Translations under genes and position numbers: made by a program
Notes under the pieces: model-generated
What the model was told of the DNA's origin: nothing
The model's input: the letters and a program-made list of their open reading frames with translations, nothing else
Databases searched by the model: none
Assembly: GCA_963810095.1 (NCBI GenBank)
Contig: CAWEMM010000012.1
Location: 224,001-288,000 of the forward strand
Source of the DNA: an uncultured Chloroflexia bacterium
GTDB lineage: Bacteria; Chloroflexota; Anaerolineae; CG2-30-64-16
Direction: 5' to 3'
Length of the DNA: 64,000 nt
In this document: in pieces, positions 22,699 through 33,797 of the stretch
Layout of the letters: every line of letters starts with the position of its first letter
Position numbering within the stretch: the first letter of the stretch is position 1

Positions 22699-22727
22699 AG
22701 TCGGGGCGGGCCTGCGTGCCCGCCCTC
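22699..22727 (+). repeat. GTAG/GTCG-type REP-like hairpin
   Basis: gtcggggcgggc-ctgcgt-gcccgccc. Confidence 0.5.
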
Positions 22728-22878
22728 CCCCGAGCGAGCCAGCCGGCACACGATGCCCTCCTGCCTCTTCAGCGTGCTTCTCACCGCAATATCGGAATGG
22801 TGAGAACCCGATGCTGGCGCGCCCGAACCGCTGCCCACGCGGCCCGTTGCGCCCCACGCATGCACGTTGCCCACGAAT

Positions 22879-22938
22879 CCTTTGGGGGTCTCGGGGGCGT
22901 CGCCCCCGCGGGGGCGGCGGGGGCCCGAGGCCCCTGCC
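22879..22938 (+). repeat. G-rich REP-like element (CTTTGGGGGTCTCGGGGGCG..CCCC family)
   Basis: Same core occurs near 49486, 49765, 55163-55990, 58008 and 58211. Confidence 0.75.
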
Positions 22939-23014
22939 AATAAATCGAAGCGGGTCAGCGCAGCTGCCCGAGGTCCCTGCCAATCAGACAGGAGATCAAG
23001 GAGCAGCCCCCGGC

Positions 23015-23974
23015 TTACTCCCTCGGCTTGGGAGGAGGCGGCACTTCCGGCGGCGGCCCACCCCCCGGCGCCGCGTAGAAGAACGAGCTCCGCTCGCTCC
23101 CCGCCGGCTGCGTCCACCGCTGGTACGGGCTCATCCGCACCACCAGCACCGTCCAGAAGATCTGCGAGCCCGTCAGCCGGCTGGCCTGGTACAGCGAGTC
23201 GAGGTTCACGTCGATCGACGTGCCCGTCGTTGCGGCCGCAAAGCCGCGGGCCGCGGCCGGCGTCTCGTCGCTGTTCCACCACACCACCTCGTACCCGCCC
23301 CCGTCCGGCAGCGGCCCGGTCGGCACCCAGCTGAAATGCACCGTCCCGTTCACATATTCGTTCTGGCCCGGCGACGACGGGGCCGGCGGGCTCACGTACG
23401 CGCTGGGCGGCGGCCCGCTGCCCCCGGCCGGGGGCGGCTGCGGGGGCGGGCGGGTCGGGGTGCGGGTCACCCGGCGCGTAGGCCGGGCCGTGGGCCGGGG
23501 CGTAAAGGTCGCGGTCGGCGGGGCCTTCAGCACGACCACGGGCACGGGCGAAGCCGTCGCGGTCCACGTTGCGGTGGCAGTGGACGTGTTCGTGGGTGTG
23601 GGCGCCGGCGTGCGGGAAGGCGTGGGCGAGGGGGTGGCGCTGGGCGTTGCCGTGACGGTCGCAGTGGGCAGATCCGTTTCCGAAGGCGTCGGGGAAGGTG
23701 CCGCGGTAGACGCCGGCGCCTCCGTTGGCTGTGCCGCGTCCGTCCCCGCCTCGGCCGGCTGGCCCAGCACATTGCTCGCCACTTGGACCGCGGCGGTTGC
23801 GACCGTCGCCGTCGCCTGGACTGTCGGCGTCGCCACCCGCGCACTTGGCGGCGGGGCTTGGTCGCCCTCCGTCATCTGGATCACGAGCCAGGGCGCGAGG
23901 ATACTCGCCAACACCACAAGTGCAGCGATCACAACACCAGGACGAACGGTCGGGGGACCAGTGCGACGGGACAT
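23015..23974 (-). CDS. Membrane-anchored Pro/Thr-stalk protein with C-terminal Ig/Fn3-like domain
   Basis: N-terminal TM, TPSPT-rich linker, domain VHFSWVPTGPLPDGGGYEVVWWN...IFWTVLVVR; intact ORF. Confidence 0.8.
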   Translation of the reverse strand: MSRRTGPPTVRPGVVIAALVVLASILAPWLVIQMTEGDQAPPPSARVATPTVQATATVATAAVQVASNVLGQPAEAGTDAAQPTEAPASTAAPSPTPSETDLPTATVTATPSATPSPTPSRTPAPTPTNTSTATATWTATASPVPVVVLKAPPTATFTPRPTARPTRRVTRTPTRPPPQPPPAGGSGPPPSAYVSPPAPSSPGQNEYVNGTVHFSWVPTGPLPDGGGYEVVWWNSDETPAAARGFAAATTGTSIDVNLDSLYQASRLTGSQIFWTVLVVRMSPYQRWTQPAGSERSSFFYAAPGGGPPPEVPPPPKPRE

Positions 23975-24099
23975 AGGTGGACCAGACGCCGGAAACAAGA
24001 CTCCAGGGCAAGCGCAGCGACACTATACGTCGTTTGCCGCAGTGCGTCAAGAAAAGTCGTCGTAACTGGGCGTACCTCGCGCGAGGGGAACCCGGCAAC

Positions 24100-24140
24100 T
24101 GTAGGGGCGAGGCTCCGTCCGCAGACGGAGCCTCGCCCCC
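24100..24140 (+). repeat. GTAG-type REP hairpin
   Basis: gtaggggcgaggctccgtc-cgca-gacggagcctcgcccc. Confidence 0.65.
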
Positions 24141-24151
24141 CCGCCCCACGC

Positions 24152-26661
24152 TCACGGCTTTGGCGGCGGAGGCGGCTCACCGCCCGGCCCCGGCTCGCCC
24201 GAACCCGGCGAATAGTACAGTGCGCTCCGCTCGCTGCCCGAAGGCGACGTCAGCCGCACGTACGGGTTCTCCCGCACGATCAGCACGGTCCAGAAGACCT
24301 CCGAGCCGGTGAACGCGCCCGATTGGTACAGCACCGACAGGTCCGCGCTCAGCGACGTGGCCGTGACCGGCGCGGCAAGGCCGCGCGCCGCGTCCGGCGC
24401 CTCGTTCGGGTTCCACCACACCACTTCGTACGCTGCCCCCGCCGGCAGCGGCCCTGTCGGCGTCCAGCGGAACGTCACCACCCCCTGCACCGCTTGCCCG
24501 TACGCCGGCGCGGCCAGCGCGGGCGGGCTCACGCTCTCGCTCCGCCGGGTGGCCGTCGGTGCGACCCGGGTGGCCGTCGCCCGCCGGGTGGCCGTCGCCC
24601 GGACCGCAGGGCGGCGCGTCGCTGTGGGACGCGCAGTTGAGGGGACGCGGCGTCGGCGTCAGGGTCGAGAGGCGCACGACGATCGGCGTCCGGGTCCGTG
24701 ACGGCGCCAGGCTGGCCGTGGCCGGCACGCTGGGCGTGGGCGACGGGCTGGGCGTGGGCGAGGTGGTTGGCGAAGAAGTTGGCGTAGCCGTCAGGGTTGC
24801 AGTCTTAGTTGACGTGGGCGGCGCAGTGGGGGTAGCAGTGGGCGGTTCGGTGGGGGTGGACGTTGCCGTGGGCGTCTGTTCGCTCGGGACCGCCTCGACG
24901 CTTGCGACGGTCCCTGCCGCCCCCGGTGGGCGTGCGTCGTCCCCCGCCGTCGCACCCGGCGCCGGGCCCAACAGCCGCGTCAGCGTCTCCCCGACGCGCG
25001 TCGCGGCTGCATCGTGCGTGGCCGCATCTTCCGGCGTCGGTGTCGACGGTCTCCGAGAGCAGCGCCAGCGCCGCGGTCGTCGGGGGCAGCCCGCCCGAGT
25101 CGGACGAGGCCGCGCCGTTCCCGGCCGCCCGCAAGGCGACCATGCCCGCCAGCATCAGCAGGAGCAGCAGCAGCACCACCCCGGCCACGATGTACAGCGG
25201 CCGCTTGCTGCGCGGCGCGGTGGGCAGCGCGGGCCGGGGCAGCGCCGAGACGGGCGCCGGGGCCGCACGGCCGCGGCCGCGCTCGCAGTGGCCCCGGCCA
25301 GGGCGGGTGACGCGGGCAGCGGCGCACTCGGCCCCGCCGACGACCGCGCCGGCCGTCGTGACGTCCGCCGGTCGCGGCCGCCGCGCCACAGTCGCGCCGC
25401 GCTACCGGCCCGGCCGCGACGCGACCGCGGCCCCCGCCAGCGTCGCGCCCGCCATCGCCGCGCCGCGCCAACCGGCGCAGCCACAGCCGCTCGCTCCAGC
25501 TTGCGGTCGTCCGACAGCAGCCCGGCCAGCTTGCGATACGCCTGCGACACCGGGCGCCGGCGGTGCGACACCACCATCGGCACGCCCCGGTTGACCGTCT
25601 CGGTCGCCAGCTCCTGGTCGTTCGGGATCGCGAACATCAGGTCGCGCGCCCAGGTAGGCGCCCACGTCGGGCTTCTTCACGCCGCCGGGCAGCCCCTCGC
25701 GGTTGAGCAGCGGCCAGACCTTGCCGGCCGGGTAGTTGCGCAGGTCGAACTGCGCGAGCATGAACTTGGTGTTGCGCATGCCCACCATGTCGGGCAGCAC
25801 GGACATGATCACCCGGTCGGCCCCGTCGAGGAACGCATACGCGGCCTCGTCGAGCGGCAGGCCCAGGTCGACCAGCACCCACGGGAACATGCGCTTCAGC
25901 CACGCCGTGACCTGCTGCACCTGGGGCAGGGTCGGCGGATACTCGAGCGCATCGGGTGGGGGCGCCAGCAGCACCCGCACGCCCGAGTCATGCGTGGCCA
26001 GCACGGAGGAGATCAGGTCGGTGTCGAGCTGGTTGAGCTTGGGCAGCAGGTCGCGGATGTCGCGCTGATTCTTGAGGTTCAGGGCCACGTCGATGCGCAG
26101 GCGCCGCATAGTCCGCGTCGACGATCACGACCGGCTCCCGCGTGATCTCGTGCAGGCAGACCGCGGTGTTGATCGCCATCGTCGTGCGGCCCGTGCCGCC
26201 CTTCGACGCGCAGAAGACGACGACCCGCCCGACCGGCGCTTCCTGTGCCAGCGGGCCGGGGCGCCGCCGCCTGGCGGCCGAGCACCTGGCGCAGCACGGG
26301 GATCAGCTCGTCGCCCTTGACCGGCTTCTGGATGAATGCCCGCGCGCCGGCCAGCACCGCGGCCTGGGCCACGCCGAGCGAGCCCGGCTCGGCCAGCAGG
26401 AGCACCGCGCTCTCGGACAGGCCCTGGACCAGGCGGCGGACCAGGCTCGCCGGGTCTTCCGCAGCCGCCCAGGTCTTCGTCCACCAGCACGACGTGCGGC
26501 GCCAGGCCCTGGGCGCGCGTCAATGCCAGGTCCGGTTGCGAAACCCAGTAGAAACGGTGCTCGCCCGCCCCCTGCAGGGCATCCCCCACTTCCTCGCGCT
26601 GCTGCGCGTGGGGGCTGATCAGGAGGACGCGGAGGGGCTCACCCGAGACGAGGCCCGACAA
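24152..26661 (-). CDS. CpaE/TadZ paralogue (receiver + ParA/MinD-like ATPase), apparently continuing into a TM helix, Pro/Thr stalk and extracellular Ig-like domain (several frameshifts)
   Basis: HRFYWVSQPDLA, KGGTGRTT and KRMFPWVLVDLGLP closely match cpaE at 42555; then KRPLYIVAGVVLLLLLL TM and the same C-terminal domain as 23015-23974. Confidence 0.7.
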
Positions 26662-26698
26662 GAATTACCTCCCACTATGATGGACGCTTGACGGGCAC

Positions 26699-26727
26699 AC
26701 TATACCCCGTCCGTCCCGAACGCGCAA
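26699..26727 (-). promoter_or_regulatory. Putative sigma70 promoter of the CpaE paralogue
   Basis: Minus strand TTGCGC-17 nt-TATAGT, then GGGAGG RBS and TTG start at 26661. Confidence 0.6.
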
Positions 26728-26848
26728 GTGGGGCACGCTACGGTTGTGCTTGGATGCACAAAACTTTGCGAGAGACCGGGGGCGCGCATGCGAGGGTCAC
26801 TGAAACTTAGCCCGCGGGCAGCGTCGACGCATCATGGCGTGCGGGCCC

Positions 26849-27498
26849 TTAGTCCTCGCTCTCATCGCCCAGCGGAAGAACGTCGTGCCGGACCACCTCC
26901 ACCCGCACCCGGTCCCAACTGCCCGGCCACGGTTCAGACTTCGCCAGGACGGGCTTGTCCTCGGCCCACTGCTCGCCGAAGATGCCGATCATCGTGACCG
27001 GCAGCGTGCCGTCGAGGCGTCGGCGGTTCGTCGGGCGCAGGCGAGTAGAACCGCGAGGCGAATACCGTCATGCGCTGCCGGATGAACACGAGCGCGGCGT
27101 GCAGGCTCGCCATCCCGGCGCCTGCAGAGGGCAGGGGTGGGATACCAGTCGTACCAGGCCTGGCACTGCTCGGGCGCGCCCAGGCACGCGATTGTATCCG
27201 CCGCCGTGACCCGGCCCTCTCTCCTGCCCCGCCTCGGCAGCATCCCAGTGCAGGCTCACAAAGGTCAGCTCGCCCCGATACAGGCCGGCAGTGTGGGCGA
27301 TCCCGTGGCGGCGGCAGTCGATGCTGAGGACCTGTTCCTCCTCGTCCCAGCGCCGGCTGAGCTCCTCGGCAGGCGGACCAGGCGAGGCCCGGATCTCGCG
27401 CTCGAGGTCGTTCGGGCTCATGGGCGCTCGCCGGGGCGAGGTCCGAAGAGCGGGCGGAACACGTCGCCCCGCAGCTCTTCGCAGCGTACCGTGCTCAT
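26849..27498 (-). CDS. Hypothetical protein (frameshifted)
   Basis: ATGA overlap with the upstream gene; joined frames read MSTVRCEELRG...LGAPEQCQAWYDWY...RVEVVRHDVLPLGDESED*. Confidence 0.5.
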
Positions 27499-28121
27499 TC
27501 CGGCTCCATGACGTACAGGCCGTAGACGGAGAACGGTGCGTGCTCGGGCACCCGTCTACCGGTCAGCGCCCGGAACTCGAATGCAAGACTGGGGTTGTCG
27601 AACAGGTGGTGCACGTTGAGGCGTCCTGACCAGGCAAGCCGCATCTCGGCCGCTTCCTCCTCCCCATAGCCGCAGTTACTGAGGCCGCTGATCAGGCCGT
27701 CGTCCGCTACGTCGTAGCCGAGCCGCTGCCAGGCGGGGCCCAGGTCCGCAAGGGAACCGCCCTCCTGCTCTGCGCAGCGGGTCACGGCGACCAACGTCCA
27801 CCCTGGCTGCCCGTCGGCGCCGGGAAGGAGAAATGCTCGCAGACGCGTCGAGGTCCTCCCACAGGGGCGCGTGCGGCCCGATCCAGGGGGGCAGGGCGCG
27901 CTGCCGCCCGTCGCCCGCCAGACCGAGGCGCGCCCGCTCTGCCGGCGGCAGCCCGCGCCGTGTCCCAGGTCGAAGACCGAGGGCCAGGCCAGCGGGTCGA
28001 CCGAGAGCGGCGCGGGGCACGTCGGCGCAGCAGGAACAGCGCCCGCCGCTCGGGCCGGCCACAAAGCCGGCACGTGGCGCTCGGGGATGCGGGCGTCGTA
28101 GCCGATGAGGGTTTCGTGCAT
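27495..28121 (-). CDS. Conserved-looking hypothetical protein
   Basis: RBS ggagg; motif-like LIGYDAR, PLSVD, LGYDVADDGLISGLSNCGY, LNVHHLF, RVPEHAPFSVYGLY. Confidence 0.65.
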   Translation of the reverse strand: MHETLIGYDARIPERHVPALWPARAAGAVPAAPTCPAPLSVDPLAWPSVFDLGHGAGCRRQSGRASVWRATGGSAPCPPGSGRTRPCGRTSTRLRAFLLPGADGQPGWTLVAVTRCAEQEGGSLADLGPAWQRLGYDVADDGLISGLSNCGYGEEEAAEMRLAWSGRLNVHHLFDNPSLAFEFRALTGRRVPEHAPFSVYGLYVMEPE

Positions 28122-28225
28122 GTCGTAGGTGCCTCCGGGTTGACATGTGCTGTCCATTGCACATCATGACGATTCGGCGGCCGCGCTGGGTCGCGCTGAC
28201 GCTCCTGGCGTTCCAGGGTGGGGTC

Positions 28226-29104
28226 TCACTTCAGCTCCCGCCGGTCCGGGCCGTCGAGCTGCAGTCCGACGCCCATCGCTTGGAGCCGGCTCCAGTTCCG
28301 CGGCCCCAGCCGCTCGGCCAGCGCCGGGGGCCCGAGGTTGGTCGTGAAGACGATCGGCCGGCCCGTGCTGTAGCGCGCGTCGAGGATCTCGTACATGATC
28401 GATTGGTGCCAGTCCATCGACTTGACGTTCGCCGTGCCCACGTCGTCATACACCAGCAGCCAGGGCCGCCCCAGCTCCCGCAGGATGTCGGCCTGCGTCG
28501 TCCCGCCGTTTGAGTCGTACGACTCGCGGATCGAGCCGAACACCTCGTTCTCGGTCGCAAACTTGATCGTGTGCTCCAGGGCCAGCGCTACTCTGCCATC
28601 CCGATCGACAGGTGTGTCTTGCCGCAGCCGCAGCCCGACACCGGAAGCACCCGGTCGCCGAACCTGCGGAGCTGAGGCGGCTCGTGAAGCGGCGACCACA
28701 GCCAGACTGAGCGGCCGCAGCCCTCTGCCCAGCGCGCCACGACCCTTTCCGCCCCAAGCTTGGCCTCGGCCTCGTTTGCGGTCAGGGGGATGTAGCTTTC
28801 CAGCGTCATGTTGGCCCGCCGGCCCTGGTCCAAGCCGTAGGCCGCCAGCGTGTTCTTCACGATTTGCGGGGTGCGTCTGCTCGCGCCACACGCACGCGTT
28901 GCACCCTTCGACAACCCGCCGCTGCTCGTGCGGGATAAACTGCCGGTACCCTTCGTGCTGGCTGGGCCACGTCTGCCCACAGCGGGGACACAGCCAGGCT
29001 CATATACGGGCGACGGCCGCTCCGTTGTTGTAGGCCTCGTGATCGTCCCGCTCCGCTCCTGACCCGCCAGAGTTCGCAACATCTGTTTCTTGGACTGGTT
29101 CCAT
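28226..29104 (-). CDS. DnaC/IstB-like AAA+ helicase loader with N-terminal Cys pairs (frameshifted)
   Basis: CPRC...CNAC across frames, Walker A GCGKTHL, Walker B LLVYDDVG, EILDARY, IVFTTNL, SRL...GPDRR. Confidence 0.85.
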
Positions 29105-29889
29105 GCCCGTGATTGCTCCGAGAGTATTGGGGGATGCCATCCCGGTACCAGTCGAGCATACCGGCAATGTTCGTCTTCTTGTTGCCCTGCATAACCCAGG
29201 CGTGCACGCACGTCTGCCCAGCGTTCCGTGTCCACCACCTGCTCGACAATTACGGCTCCGCTGGGTAGCGTCAGGCGTAAGGTGGGCGATCTGTTTGTAC
29301 AGCACGACCCCGGGGTGATCGAGGTTCGGGTCCCGCTTCTTAGGCGTGCTCCCGGCCTTCGCTGCGTCGGTGCCGGCGCGGTCGGTGCAGCCTCGGCTTG
29401 CGGGCCCGCTGCTTCTACGTCAGTAGAGGCAGCATCGGGGGACGGGGACGGGGACGGGACGTCTGTAACATGGGCGTAACATTCGCCGTAACGCGCCTCA
29501 GGTCCATTCTTCTTCGACTGCCGTTTCTCCCGCCACTCGGCCATGCGCTTGTGGCCGTTCTTGCGCTCGCGGAGCACCTTCTCGGCGGGCGGGTTATAGT
29601 CCAGGTAATCATGGATCAGGTATCCTCCCTCGCACGGCTCCCACAACTGGTTCTCCACCAACGCCGCGACGAGCTCGCCAACGTCGACTGGCTGCCAGCC
29701 GTCGGGGCCGAGCCTCGCCAGGCCGCCGAAATTGGCGAGCCGCGGCACCGCGGCCTCTGGAATACGTCCATCCGTCAGGTAGCGGCAGCAGTAGGTCAGG
29801 CCCGCTACATAAAGCCACGCGGCCAGCGGGCCGGCCGTCACGATCTTCGGATGGTCGGCAAACTGGTCGTCAAGCTTCGCCCATGACAT
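29000..29889 (-). CDS. Phage-type replication initiator (3' end approximate; frameshifted)
   Basis: MSWAKLDDQFADHPKI...YCCRYLTDGRIP...GYLIHDYLDYNP...RMAEWR resembles the N-terminus of actinophage RepA-like initiators; directly upstream of the DnaC-like gene. Confidence 0.8.
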
Positions 29890-30119
29890 GATCGCATCTT
29901 CTCCGTTAGCTCCGGGCGGGCCCCAAAGGCAGACGCCTGCCTTTGGATCGCCCCGCCGCATCCCCGAACGTCCTCTCAACTGCTTCGCACTTGCTGTACA
30001 CCTCAAGTCGACTTAGCCCCGATCCTCCCCTGCTTAAAACGTCACTGGCGCAATAACCTCTGCGGCTGCAGCAAGCTACTTGTGCGCCGGCGGCAGGCTT
30101 GCCATCCAGTATTGTTTGC

Positions 30120-30149
30120 ATCATATGCCGTCCGATCAGATCTTGTCAA
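30120..30149 (-). promoter_or_regulatory. Near-consensus sigma70 promoter upstream of the initiator-loader operon
   Basis: Minus strand TTGACA-18 nt-TATGAT. Confidence 0.65.
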
Positions 30150-30981
30150 TACAATATCTAGTTCGTCTCAGGGCAATACCTACTACTGCTGCCCCTCTGC
30201 CTTACGCTTAATCGTCGTGTTTAGCGGTCATAGTGCTACATAGCGGTCAATTGTCTGCAGCTTGTAGTGCAGTACATACGTTCCACCCACGCTTTTCGGC
30301 AATCCTCGTTGCATTATCCGTGCCAGCGTACGGCAAAATTTAACGGTTCCAATCGCGTTTCCGGTATCTTTTCCCCCACGACTGTCACGCCTCTGCCCCT
30401 CGGCCAAGCTTCAACTACTCGGAGACGATACATGCGAGCGGCTGGGCAGCCGGCGAGTTGCCGCCAAGGGGTACGCGGGGGCGCCGGGGCTCGGGGTCTC
30501 TGGCATTTGGCCTCCTCGCGCCACATGAGAATATGCTACGACCAACCGGTAGGGCATTGACCGTTCGGCCGGGCGGTTTCCGGCCTGACGGATCGGTCAG
30601 CGTCAACATCATGCATGGCAGCAATGGGCCTGTGACGGGTCCCGCAAGCGATTCCGATGCCGCGTATGCCCCGTGCGCTTTTCACCCGCCACTCGGCGGG
30701 CGCGCAGCCTGTCGAGGAAGATGAGACGAGTGTTGCCGAGGCGAAGGTTGATGAAAGGCCACCGTAGTTTGACAAAGAATTACTCGTATCCTACACTTCC
30801 TTTGGATCGATTGCTAACCGACACTCGGACCCGCGCCCCGTGTCGGCAAGTCTCGGACCTCCCAGCATCGCACGTCTGGCCGGTTTAGCGCCATTTTTCT
30901 GCATCCGAAAGAACGGGGCTTCCGCAGTTCACCATGCCAATGGAAACCGGTGAGAGAGCTAAAGAGCGCGATTTCCACAGA

Positions 30982-32187
30982 ATGCCGAGACGACACTTAC
31001 GTCTGTTCCTCGTGGTGCTGTGTGCCGCTGGTTTAGCTCTGCTGCTGCAACCGATTTCGCGTCCCGGAACTGTAGGTCGCGTGATCGGTGAGAATTTCAT
31101 CGAGTATTGGACGCGACCAGACTGAATCTGGCCAGAACGAATCCTTACGACCCGGCTGCTATGCTCGGTCTCGAGAAGCAGCTAGGTTGGGAGCGGACGA
31201 AGCCGCGAATGATGTGGAACCCGCCACATCTGCTAGCGCTAATGACGCCGATGGCGCTTATCCGGTACAATGAGGCGCTCCTCGTGTGGCGTGTTTTTGT
31301 CGTGATCGGTTCGATTCTCTGCTGCACAGCGCTTTGGTCGTTCTACTCAGGAACCCGGGAGCAGCGCTGGGTTCCATTCTTTTTAGTTGTCGTCTTCCTA
31401 CCTAGCATCGTGGCCGTAGCCTACGGCCAGGTCGGCGTTCTCATTCTCATCGGCGTCGCTGGCTTCCTGCTCAGCGAAGCGCGCCGCCGTGATACTCTTG
31501 CGGGGGCATTCCTTGCCCTTGTGCTCGTGAAGCCGCAGGTGCTGCCCATTTTGTGGCTGTCGCTGCTACTCTTGGGTCGTGCGCGAGCACCGGTGGCGTG
31601 TGGCCCTCGGGGCGACTGCCGCCACGGGGCTTACCACGCTGGTCGCGACAGTGACTAATCCAGCCCTTCTTGGGCAGTATTTCGTTGCTGCAACCAGCGA
31701 TCCCGTTCGCGAGTGGATTACGCCAACGTTCGGCTCACTCCTGCGCCTATTGATCGGCTGGGGTACCTTCTGGCTTCAGTTTGTGCCAGTCGCGATAGGT
31801 GCTTTGTGCTTCCTGATCTATTGGCGGTCAAAGCGGGCGCAGTGGTCCTGGAAGGAAGACATGCCGTCCGTTATCTTCCTCTCACTGCTCTTTAGTCCCT
31901 ATTCCTGGATCCACGATCAAGTCCTGCTACTCGTTCCAATTATCGCCGTTGTCGCTCGTCGTGCTTCGCGGCAGAACATAGCACTTCTTCTGAGTACATA
32001 TGTGTTACTCTTGATCATATCCTTCCCTGGTGCCCGGTTCCCCGGAATGATCCGGCCCGAGCCAGGCATTGGCTTTCGCACTCAGGCCTGGAACGTCTGG
32101 ATGGTTCCCGCATGGTGGTTGTGGTGCGTTGCCGTGGATAAAGGCGTTGCCAAGGTATCATTAGGCAGGAAATCTGCAGCAGTGTGA
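30982..32187 (+). CDS. GT87/DUF2029-like polytopic membrane glycosyltransferase (frameshifted)
   Basis: NFIEYW...NPYD...MWNPP, GQV, LVKPQ, PYSWIHDQVLL; many TM segments; lower GC than the flanks. Confidence 0.8.
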
Positions 32188-33797
32188 GAGGAATGCGAAG
32201 AGTGACGAAAACCAACGCTACAGTGAGCAAATCGATCTTAGCCCGCACCCCACCCATTGCTCTGCTTGACGCCTCCGTCCTATGTCTTGGACTAGCCGTC
32301 CTGTTTCTTTTCGCTGCAGGAACGATGGCTGACCTCGACTTATGGGGGCACCTGCGCTTCGGGCTCGATTTTCTGGCGACTGGTCACCTGGATCGGGTCG
32401 ACCCGTATTCCTACACCGCCGCCGGCCAACCTTGGGTTAACCACGAGTGGCTGGCCGAGGTCGTCGCCGCCGCGTTCTATCGCTCGTTGGGTGCCGCTGG
32501 ACTCATGCTTCTAAAAGTGCTGCTTGCAGCCCTGATCGGCGCCGCGATGTTCATGGGTCTCAGACAAGAAGGCCTGGCCCCATTGCGTTCTTGGCTTGTG
32601 GTTTCAATTTCTCTTGCGACGTTGATGATGGGCGTGGTGACTCTGCGGCCGCATCTCTTCACCTTCTTAGCATTTGCCCTGCTCCTGCTAATCCTGATCC
32701 GCGCTGACGCGGCCGGCCCCGTTGGCTGCTGGCGCTGCCTGTGCTTTTTGCAGTATGGTCAAACCTTCACGGGGGCTTTCTTGCAGGTCTCGCTATCGTA
32801 GGCGCATGGCTCTTCAGTTACCTCCTCGCGGCAGCAGTCCCAAAATACAAAGAGGCCCAGCAACCTCACCTACCGCTGTGGATCGTTGCCTTGACAAGTC
32901 TCGGTTGTGCGTTGGCCACACTGATTAACCCTTACGGCCCGGAACTCCTTTCCTTCTTACTGCGAACGGCTACCGTCTCGCGGCCTGAGATCACTGAATG
33001 GCAGCCCTTCGATCTTACGTCGCCTCCTGGGGCGATCTATCTGCTGGTGTTAGCGCTGGGAATAATCGCGATCGGCCGTACTCGAGAGAGACGCAGGCCG
33101 CTGACGATAGTTCTGTTTGCCGGGATGGCGCTGGCGCCCCTGGTCGCCGTCAGGCACACACCACTCTTTGCAATCGCGACTGTGCTCCTCCTGACAGAAC
33201 ACATCAGAAGTGCTTGGCCGCAGGCCCGCACGCGAGGCGCAGCAAGCCCGGCTTCGGGTCCGGTTGTGTGGATCTTGGCAGTCGTCACGTTCCTGGGGGC
33301 GTCGCAATCTTCGGGGTCTCCGCCTCCAGGGCGAACTGCCTCTCGATAGATCAAGCCTTCTACCCGGTGCGGGCAGTCCAGTTGCTTGAACAAACATCCG
33401 GCCCTCTGAACCTCGCAGTTCATTTCAATTGGGGCGAGTATGTTATCTGGCATCTCGGGCCCCACGTCAAAGTATCCATCGACGGCCGCCGAGAGACCGT
33501 CTACGCGTCCGAAATCTATCGCCAGAACAGCGACTTCATGACAGGCCACGGAGAATGGGATCGCATCCTGACTGAATACAACACCGATACGGTGCTCGTG
33601 CCTTCTCGGGGGCCGGCTGCGAACCTGCTGCGCCTTTCCCGGGCTGGCGGACTGTGGTGGATGATGGAACAGGCGCATTGTTTGTGAAGGCTTCCAGTCC
33701 GGCCAGCAAGGCCCTTGCCACTACCAAGGGTGAGTCTGCGGCGGCTGAGTCCTCGGCTTGTTTTCCATCCGTACCACGCCTTGACGATAACAGGTGA
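32184..33797 (+). CDS. Polytopic membrane protein, GT-C-like (DLWGH...HEW family; frameshifted)
   Basis: DLDLWGHLRFG, DPYSYT, WVNHEWLAEV, RPHLFT, WSNLHGGF, NPYG, ITEWQP, WGEY, IDGRRET; GTGA overlap with the GT87 gene. Confidence 0.75.

Noticed and set aside
28226-29104. IS21 istB
   Set aside because: No istA transposase or terminal inverted repeats; the upstream partner is a phage-type initiator
26800-30300. Intact prophage
   Set aside because: No integrase, att/tRNA, repressor, terminase, structural or lysis genes in the window
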